Source: Octopus bimaculoides (taxonomy: Eukaryota). Taken from it: 64,000 nt of DNA. The notes beneath the pieces are model-generated. The model ran no database searches and was not told where the DNA came from. It saw only the letters and a list, made by a program, of their open reading frames with translations. Location of the stretch: NCBI RefSeq assembly GCF_001194135.2, contig NC_068990.1, positions 72,613,465-72,677,464 of the forward strand, in the 5' to 3' direction. Positions 56,071-64,000 of the stretch are shown here, piece after piece (positions within the stretch are counted from its first letter, which is position 1; the number at the start of each line of letters is the position of its first letter). Both the position numbers and the translations under genes were made by a program.

Positions 56071-56192
56071 TGTTAATTAATGTTCCAAACTACAGCTTAA
56101 TAATGAAAAAGTTGGTTACTTCACCAAGTCCCTCCAAATCCTTATTTATTTTCCAAAGTAATTAAAACATATAGGCAGAATGTGGTTAAATA

Positions 56193-56264
56193 GAAATATA
56201 GTGGCAAAAGTTTCCAAAGGGCCAACTACTGTTGGCCTTTTGGAAACTTTTGCTACCATATTTC
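56193..56264. repeat. 34-bp-arm fold-back hairpin with 4-nt loop
   Basis: Arms 56193-56226 and 56231-56264; 31/34 Watson-Crick pairs. Confidence 0.92.
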
Positions 56265-56349
56265 AGCTGCTGAATCTGTTGGAAATAGCAGGTAAATCTT
56301 CTTCAGATCATATCCTACCATTTAAAAAAAAAATACGCATATAATACAC

Positions 56350-56790
56350 ATGACAGGCTTCCACGTAGTCTCCATCTACCAAATTTATTCACAAGGAACT
56401 GGTCAACCGAGAGCTATGGTAGAAGGTACTCGCCCAAGGTAAAAGTTAAAGTTACCTTCTTGAGGTACGCCAACTCATAAGAGCTGGTTTCCCGGTTTCA
56501 TGACATATAAACTCCTCACCTGGATGGGTCACCAGTCTGTTGCAGGTTTACTCATTTTTGCCAGGTGAGTGGACAGGAGCAATGTGAAATGAAGTGTTTT
56601 GCTCAAGAACACAACGTGTTGCCTAGTTCAGGAATCAAAACCACATTCTTAAGAAGAGTCCACCCTAACCACTAAGCCATGCACCTCCACACTTGCCCAA
56701 GGTGTTGCATAATGGAACTAAAATCGAAACTATAAGATTGCAAGGGAAGCTTCTTAACCACACAGCCATGTTTGCACTGCACCTATATAT
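56350..56790 (-). mobile_element. SINE family A copy split by a SINE family D copy (about 56455-56690)
   Basis: A body at 56350-56440 resumes as cacttgcccaaggtg..cttcttaaccacacagccatg at about 56690-56770. Confidence 0.7.
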
Positions 56791-56828
56791 ATATATATAT
56801 ATATATATATNNNNNNNNNNNNNNNNNN

Positions 56829-56875
<47 letters not shown>

Positions 56876-58169
56876 CATGAAATACAAGTATGTCCATTTT
56901 CAGGCAAGACTGAACAGCTTCATGAAAATGGAACTGTATATTAAATTACAATAATCTAGTTATTTGTAGTAACTATTCAATAGAGAGCAAGAATTCAGTA
57001 TGACAGGACACTTGATATCCATGAAAGATCACAAAAGACCACTCCAGGTGAAAAACAAACTCCTTAAGTTAAAGAACTTTTAAAACATGATTCATCCAAA
57101 AGACAGATGCCATGGAGAAACTTTGAAAGAAAACCGAAACCAGGTTAATCATTTCAACATGGACCTACTCACAATGGTTTCTATTAAAATGTTTAAATTT
57201 AGATTCAAATCTTGGACGGAAGTTTCATTATTCTATGAAAGATATTTAGATCTTAAGATGTAAATATTCATCTTTCATTAAAGTAGAAAGTTATTTTCAC
57301 TAACTTCATTAAACCTCTCATAATTTGTGATTATTTTTTGAAAATTAAAACACAAAGGCAGTATATTCTTGTTAAGAAATATGGTTACAAAAAGGTTAAA
57401 TATATATGAATATCACTTCAGATACATCTTTGCAAAAATGACAATTTTATAAATATTGACATTCAATTAAATAGTAATTATACACTGCAGGTGGGGGGTG
57501 GTTATATAATAATACAATACATTCTAATTTAAATAATGTAATTAATTCTCAAACAGCTATAGTGTAATTATTTCTCTAGTACATTTTGGTAAATAACATA
57601 ATTGATATCTTCAAATTTTCAATTTCATTTTCCTCAGTTTGTTATGTAGCATTTAACTAATCAATGCTATTTCAGTAATGAACTCTAGATATCACAAACA
57701 GATGATAGTTTTCTTAGTACAGACAAAAACAAAAACAAAAAAAAAAGTTTTAGAAATTGATTTTTCTTTTATAAAATCTATGTTATAAACATTACAGGAA
57801 TGTGTTCTGAAATTGATATTTCTATATTGATAATTCCAATAAACCAAAACTTTCCATTCAATTACAAAAGCAATATTAGTTAAAATTAGCGTTATTACTC
57901 TAAATATTATTCTAAATACATTCCAAATAGAAAGCTGGGAAATTCTTTAAAAGGCTAGAATGTCTACATCATACAATTTTGGTTACAAGTTAATAATTAC
58001 TGTGTTAAAAATCTGCAAGTTAAAGAAAGTATTTTACTAATTGTCAATAGTTAAAGGTACCGTCCCACTCTACTCTATTTGCATGTAAAAATAAAAAGTA
58101 AATAATTTTGTGGTTATAGCCTGATATAAATTAATAGCCTGATATAAATTAATGCTTCATTATCTTTAT

Positions 58170-58460
58170 CTTTTGCTTGTTTCAGTCATTGGAGTGCAGC
58201 CATGTTAGGGTTTTAGTCAAACAGAATCGACCTTGGGCTTATTTCTTAAAGTATAATGCTTATTTTATCAGTCTCTTTGACTAAACTGCTACATTACGAG
58301 GATGTAAACAAACCAACACCAGTTGTCATACAATGTCTTTGGGTGACAGACACAAACACACACAAACATTATAAAAATATACATACACTCACAATGAGCT
58401 TCATTCAGTTTCCTTTTACCAAATCCACTCCCAAGGCATTGTTCAGCCTAGGAGAGTTGT
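58170..58460 (-). mobile_element. SINE family A
   Basis: tgtttcagtcattggagtgcagccatg..aaacaaaccaacaccagttgtca..caaatccactcccaaggc. Confidence 0.8.
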
Positions 58461-59118
58461 AGATAAAAAAGAAAAAGAAAATTGATCCTTTTAATGCAGA
58501 TCTGAAGAATCTAGAGAGAATGATATGAGTATGGTCCACTGAACAATGCAAAAGAAAGAGTGGGAGATGAAGAGACCAGCAAAAATCAGAGGGTCCAACA
58601 GCTACTAGTAAAAGATGAAAAAGAGAGAGAAGCATTTAAAAAATGAAATGATAGTAGAGAGGAGACATGTAGATTATGGGGAAAAGAAAAAAAAGGAAAA
58701 TAGTTGTGGGAACTGATTTAGGAGAAATGAAGGGTAAAAACAGATGAAGGATGGTGAGGTTGTTGACATGCAAAACAAAGAAAAGTAAATACCAAAATAT
58801 GTTGATGATGATGATGAGCATTAGATATGATAATAATGATTATTATTATAGGGGGCAGGAGTGTAAATACACAGGAAATTAAAAGAAAACATGCTTCATC
58901 TTATAATTTTGCTAATTTCTGCTGAAGATGGTCTATTCCAAGTAAAAGCAACCCAATTGTTTCAGAACTAGATTTTCTTTCTATGGTAATATCAACATGT
59001 AATTTAATACATTTTCCAAGAGTAGTGTAAAGACAGAAGATGCAGATAGCACCTTGTAGACTTTTTTACATTTTACACTTCATATTTTGTCAGATACATT
59101 TCAGGTGACATTTCACAA

Positions 59119-59193
59119 CCTTACCTTGTTTCCAATTAATTCTTACCTTCCTTGTGCTTGAAATACAGCCTAAAAGAGAAACTTAGTTACCTG
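59119..59193 (-). promoter_or_regulatory. Three candidate 5' splice donors downstream of the stop codon
   Basis: CAG|GTAACT (exon end 59191), AAG|GTAAGA (59147), AAG|GTAAGG (59125). Confidence 0.45.
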
Positions 59194-59223
59194 AGAGAAT
59201 AGAGGGCTTCTGTGATCATATAG

Positions 59224-60702
59224 TCAACACAGGTAGCTTTCCTTGAAAGGTTGATAATTTGGTATAGTGTGAGGGTACTTGACATGCCAAACAATGTGGA
59301 ACGTGAACTCAATTCGGTCTTGGCAGTGCTTGTTACAGGACGGACATCGAAACGGATCTTCGTCAATCGGTGAGTGCAGGCTCTGATGGAGGTGGAACAT
59401 TGTGTAGTCATGAAAGTAAATCCCGCAGTGGAAACACTGATGGAAGCCAACATCCGTAGTTGGGGTAGCTGAGGTAGTTGTCACATCACGTTTTTCCTCA
59501 GATTCTGAATCTAAGCTTGGAGTTTTAGACGTTTGGATAAAGCTACCTCTCTTCCATCGATAATGCTCGGATGTAGCCGTTTCGCATACCATGCTTGCAG
59601 TTGAAACAGTTGCAGTAGACTTGTTCATGCTCAAGTCCATAACGCTGTCCTCAGATGTACGGGTCAAAGTTGACAAAGGTGGTGCCATCTGGGCAGACTG
59701 AGGTAGATCTGTTAATGGAGTGTTTGAGGGCGATAGGATTTGTGATGCAGATGAGGTAGAGGGGTATTGCTTTTCTTTATCTTTCTGACTCTCTGCTGAT
59801 GATGTTCTTAGAAGTTCTGAAGAGCTCATATCAGCCACCGAAGTCAATGATGGTGGAGAATGGATAACGCTACGTGATGGCATGGCAATTGTGTACAAGC
59901 TTGGAGGTGTACTCGTATGAACATAAGTCGTTGTTTCTGCAGTATGACAATTGCCGCTACTAGTGGCCATGCTTTTGTGAACCCCATGTTGCTGGTCTTC
60001 CATTTCAGATGGTGTCGTTGGTGGAGTCACTTGTTCCAGTTTAATTGAACTCAGAGAAGAAATAGCCTGAAGGTGCTGTTGCTGTTCATTTTGCATATCT
60101 CTTTGGTGCGGTTGCTGTGATGACCTTTCAAGTTGTTGAGGCGGTGGCTTACCTTGTAGCAGTCCAGCTTGTTGCTGTGACTGATCATGGAGTGTTAAAT
60201 TTGATGGAACTGCTGGTCCTGAGGTTGTTGTCGTTGTGTTGTGCATAAGAGTCTCATAAGTCAATGCTTGTTGCAGCAAAGCTCTCTGTTGCATGGCAAA
60301 AGCCTGGTAGGCAGCCAAGTTGACCTGGGGAGTTGGTCGTGCTGGATTTCGGTATCCATAAAGTTTACCCCGCATGTGTACATTACGCTCGTGACGGCGT
60401 AGATCGTTGCTCTGTGTAAAGCATCTGTGACAAATCTTACATTTGTAAGGTCTCTCACCAGTATGCACCCTCTCGTGCACCTTGAGATTAGATGACCACA
60501 GGAACGACTTTCCACATGTTTGGCAAACGTACGGGCGATCCGCACGATGGAGCTGTTCATGCTTTCGCAGTGTTGCCACCTCGCGGAACGAGCGCTGGCA
60601 CAGTTCACAACGATATGGCCGAGCACTGCTGGAGGATACCGCGGCGGGAGGTGGGTATTTAATCCCGCTATTTGCTTCGTTACCACCACTGGAATCCTCC
60701 AT
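59224..60702 (-). CDS. C2H2 zinc-finger transcription factor, 492 aa: three N-terminal fingers plus a C-terminal Ikaros/Hunchback-type dimerisation finger pair
   Basis: Uninterrupted ORF. The first 34 aa of the track ORF are the intron polypyrimidine tract (…ttttttgttttgcag|AGG ATG G), so the likely start is the ATG at 60702 (A at -3, G at +4). TGA stop at 59226-59224. Fingers: YRCELC..HEQLH, YVCQTC..HERVH-TGERP, YKCKIC..HERNVH; C-terminal CFHC..F.D..M...H...H and DPFRCPSC...QDRIEF..HIVWH. Q-rich and S/T/P-rich spacer. An additional upstream coding exon cannot be excluded (the exon begins in frame with AGG). Confidence 0.95.
   Translation of the reverse strand: MEDSSGGNEANSGIKYPPPAAVSSSSARPYRCELCQRSFREVATLRKHEQLHRADRPYVCQTCGKSFLWSSNLKVHERVHTGERPYKCKICHRCFTQSNDLRRHERNVHMRGKLYGYRNPARPTPQVNLAAYQAFAMQQRALLQQALTYETLMHNTTTTTSGPAVPSNLTLHDQSQQQAGLLQGKPPPQQLERSSQQPHQRDMQNEQQQHLQAISSLSSIKLEQVTPPTTPSEMEDQQHGVHKSMATSSGNCHTAETTTYVHTSTPPSLYTIAMPSRSVIHSPPSLTSVADMSSSELLRTSSAESQKDKEKQYPSTSSASQILSPSNTPLTDLPQSAQMAPPLSTLTRTSEDSVMDLSMNKSTATVSTASMVCETATSEHYRWKRGSFIQTSKTPSLDSESEEKRDVTTTSATPTTDVGFHQCFHCGIYFHDYTMFHLHQSLHSPIDEDPFRCPSCNKHCQDRIEFTFHIVWHVKYPHTIPNYQPFKESYLC
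59284..59445 (-). other. Ikaros/Hunchback-type C-terminal dimerisation zinc-finger pair (DZF)
   Basis: FHQCFHCGIYFHDYTMFHLHQSLH-SPIDEDPF-RCPSCNKHCQDRIEFTFHIVWH matches, by eye, the Ikaros pattern C..C...F.D..M...H...H..DPF.C..C....QDR.EF..HI. Confidence 0.85.
60376..60615 (-). other. Array of three DNA-binding-type C2H2 fingers
   Basis: Three CxxC-x12-HxxxH/HxxxxH units with RADRPY and TGERPY linkers. Confidence 0.95.
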
Positions 60703-60705
60703 CCT

Positions 60706-60745
60706 CTGCAAAACAAAAAACAAAAAGAAAAAATATAGCAAATGT
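60706..60745 (-). promoter_or_regulatory. 3' splice acceptor of the zinc-finger coding exon
   Basis: Minus strand long T-rich tract ending ttttttgttttgcag; exon starts at 60705, 3 nt before the ATG. Confidence 0.85.
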
Positions 60746-61559
60746 GAGAAAAATTGTAAAATAAATAAATTCAAAATATACATGCATAAATACAATAGAA
60801 ACAAAATTTTTAAAACTTTTCCTGTTCTGGGAAAATAAATGCCTGCTGAAAATAAGGTTTTACTGATCCATTAAACTTTTCTCATAATATGGCATAAAAA
60901 CTAATTAGATATTATACAATATTTAGAGCAGAGATAAAAAAAAAAAAGAGTAAATTGTACTCCTGGTTACAAACAAGAGTACGACAGGTTAGAGTGAATA
61001 AATTATATTCACTCAACTACATTGGAATTGGAGATCATGCTGTGATAAGGAGGTTACATATTATCTGACAGGATGCAACATACTTAGTTGATGACAAAAT
61101 GAAGTTGGAAAACTTTATAGAGGATGAACTATCGGTTTAACACTAAACTATACACTGTAAGCATGTAGTTTAGGAGAGGAAATATCAGGTAAAAATGGAA
61201 GAAGTGATCTACCTGGAAAAAACAAAAAGGAAAAGAGAAAGCCACACCAATACAGTTAAAACCCTGAGTACGAAGAAATACTGAAAAACATTACGGCTAC
61301 TAGAAGCAGCCGGTGCATGCGTGATAAGTGTTTCAACTGATATAGCTACAACATCTGAAAGCAAGGGCACTGCTACAATGACATTCTCCCATCACAAATG
61401 TGTATACATAACACAAATCTACTTAAATAAATGTTTCAATTTACAAACTGAGCGAAAAAAATGATTTAATCCACAATGGACATCCATTGGAAGTTTCAAA
61501 TTCAAACTGAAAAAGTACATAGCATATTATATGCACAATATACACACATAGTGATCGTT

Positions 61560-61950
61560 TCAATGCTGACATAGGTCAAATGGAATTTGCTGAGGCAAAT
61601 TTTCTACGGCTGAATGCCCTTCCTGCCAATAGCCCTTGCTTGTTTCCAAGTAAGGCAATATTTCCTCCATCACCAGATATGCTTTCATGGAAAATTGGAA
61701 ATGAAAGGGCACTACTTGCATGACAGGGACACTCGTTTACAACTATCATGCAATGCCAAGGCAAGGTAGTCAGCAACACTCTCTCACATACATGAAGAAC
61801 TTCTTTTATTATCTGTCTACCAAATCTACGCATAAGACTCTGGTTGACATAGGGATATAGTAGATGTTTGCCCAAGGTACCATGCAGTGGGATTGAACTT
61901 GAAATCATGTGGATGGGAAACAAATTTTTTTACTACACAACCATATATAT
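61560..61950 (-). mobile_element. RTE-tail-like fragment followed by SINE A 5' part
   Basis: tttctacggctgaatgcccttcctg (RC of the RTE tail) and ctaccaaatctacgcataagac..gtgggattgaac. Confidence 0.6.
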
Positions 61951-62012
61951 GTGTGTGTGTGTGTGTATGTAAAAACATCACATACATACATATATATACA
62001 TATACACATATA

Positions 62013-62055
<43 letters not shown>

Positions 62056-63399
62056 CAACATAGGCTGATGTTCTATAGCCTCTATTGGTCAGGGTTAAAG
62101 ACACATGTGCACCCACTTACACAGGTAAGGTTTTTGTAGAAGACCACCAGTTGCTCATGCAAGCAAGTCTCCCTTCACCAAGGCAACAATTCTCACAGAG
62201 ACACAACCTATTATGAAAGGCTGATACAACCTGGTACCAGAGTTATAAGCATTGCCATAATGGAAAAAAAAAAGTCAGCATCACAAATAGCATTCTAATA
62301 GTTCTCCCAATACAGTACCTTTGATTAGTAATGTTCTTTTTATATATATATATTTTTACCCCAAAAGGATGAAAGACAAAAATGGTTACAGCAGAAGATG
62401 GATTCAGAGTTTCTCTCTATATATCTATCTAAGTATAACTGCAACACATTAACTTCTCAGCCATTGAGTCATTAAGTAGCTCTACAGCTAAATGAAAATC
62501 ATATTTATTTGTGTGTATCTGTGCATGTACACATATGTATGTATGTGTGTGCATGTATATGATTGTGTGTGTGTATGTGCAGTGCATGTATGAGTGTGTG
62601 TGTTTATGTGTGTACACAGAGGCAGGTGTATGTGTGTACACGGAGGCAGGTGAATGTGCCTTTCTGTGTGTGTGTGTGTGTGTGGCAACATTATTTCATA
62701 CTCATCTATATATCTGTATTTCATAATGAATAGCCAGAGGTGACAGTGGAGAAAACATCTATACTAACATGAGAGCATCTACATAATTGCAGCACAGAGA
62801 TCAACACACACACACACACATGATAGTGACTAAACATATGAAATGGATTATACTCTATATGTTCTTTAATTGTATTGAGTTATTCGAGTAATCATAGTCT
62901 ATGTCTAGATTGTGGAGTTTACGTGTGCACACACAACATGTACACACTGAGGTTCTGTCTCACAGATTTCATTCACATGGCATTAATCAACCTGAAGATA
63001 TAGTAGAAGACAATTGCCTAATATGGCATGCAGTAGGAATCAATTTTGAGCCATGTGCTGTACAGAGATCTTCTAAACCATGCACAGCCACATTTACAGT
63101 CAATATGCATATATTTTCTCTAAATTATAATTATTATTTTTAACAACATACATTGGTGGAATTGTGCAATAAGTTCACCCGCCTCCTATGTAACTTTTCT
63201 ATCTGTCTCAAAAAAATTTCTTGATGCTCTGAGAGGTGGGAACATATCTAAATATTAGTTTTGTCATCTTTTAACCACCTCTGCCTTCTGTTTCTGAGTA
63301 TGCAACCAGCTATAGATTTTCAACATTTTTTTCCCTGGATTTTCTAAATTATAGGTTTTAAACGTATGGAATTTTAAAACTGCAGAAAAGAAATTAAAT

Positions 63400-63500
63400 T
63401 TAGGGTTTGTGCGTTAAAAAGTGGGGTTTAGGAGCTGGGGCTTTGATTAGGAATTAGAATTAGGGTTAGATTTTGGAGTGTGGTTTAGCTTAGGGCTGGA
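63400..63500 (+). repeat. Degenerate TTAGGG-like hexamer tract (interstitial)
   Basis: ttagggttt, tttagg, attagg, ttagaattagggttag, cttaggg. Confidence 0.6.
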
Positions 63501-63604
63501 ATTAACTAAAAAAAATGAAGAAGGTTGAAAAAAAAACAAAACAGAATGTGAATTATATTTATTTCCAGAATCATAATTTTCAATATTTAAAGAATCTTTC
63601 TACT

Positions 63605-63752
63605 GCATCATCATCATCATCGTTTAACGTCCGCTTTCCATGCTAGCATGGGTTGGACGAGTTGACTGAGGACTGGTGAAACCGGATGGCAACACCAGGC
63701 TCCAATCTAAATTTGGCAGTTTCTACAGCTGGATGCCCTTCCTAACGCCTCA
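63605..63752 (-). mobile_element. RTE-type 3' tail, young copy
   Basis: catcatcgtttaacgtccgctttccatgctagcatgggttggacg..ctacagctggatgcccttcctaacgcc. Confidence 0.85.
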
Positions 63753-64000
63753 TCATCATTAATTGTATATCTGCATGGGTTTAACAAGATTTCTTATAGT
63801 ATTCTATGGATGGATGCCATTCCTATCCCCAACCCTTATGTTTTCAAGTGAAGCAATTTAGTGTATGCACATCACCACTGCCCAAATGCATCACTGCAAA
63901 AACTCATGGAGACAAATGCATACATGCACAAACACACTTGAATGAATATGTATACACACACACACACATATATATATACACATACTGATATATATATATA

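Noticed and set aside
58116-58151. Exact 18-nt tandem duplication atagcctgatataaatta; also a 24-nt duplication near 62610-62658
   Set aside because: Ordinary slippage events with no further structure.
60703-60804. First 34 codons of the 526-aa track ORF (MFLLY...VLQR)
   Set aside because: F/L-rich translation of the intron polypyrimidine tract ending in a canonical acceptor.
59187-60838. Overlapping or antisense ORFs around the ZF exon (59187-59453, 60261-60716, 60482-60838, 60520-60738)
   Set aside because: Shadow frames of a GC-richer coding exon with no recognisable domains.

Overview
AT-rich, microsatellite-dense animal genomic DNA with 9 N-gaps. The SINE and RTE repertoire suggests an octopod cephalopod (Octopus-like; inference). 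Only one convincing protein-coding region is present: a minus-strand C2H2 zinc-finger gene whose whole CDS (59224-60702, 492 aa) lies in one exon. It has three N-terminal TGERP-linked fingers and a C-terminal Ikaros/Hunchback-type dimerisation finger pair. The rest is TE debris: several tRNA-type SINE families, RTE LINE fragments, a decayed hAT transposase, a mariner fragment, a Penelope-like GIY-YIG fragment and TTAA-flanked MITEs. The main signals are three let-7 8-mer sites (CTACCTCA) within 290 nt of the CDS, three strong splice donors just after the stop codon, and far-downstream minus-strand candidate UTR exons. One candidate exon starts with a perfect complement to let-7 nt 1-13 and another carries a further 8-mer. 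Together these suggest a let-7-controlled, Ikaros/Hunchback-like transcription factor locus that may span most of the window. The exon linkage is inference and needs RNA-seq. TE boundaries are approximate.
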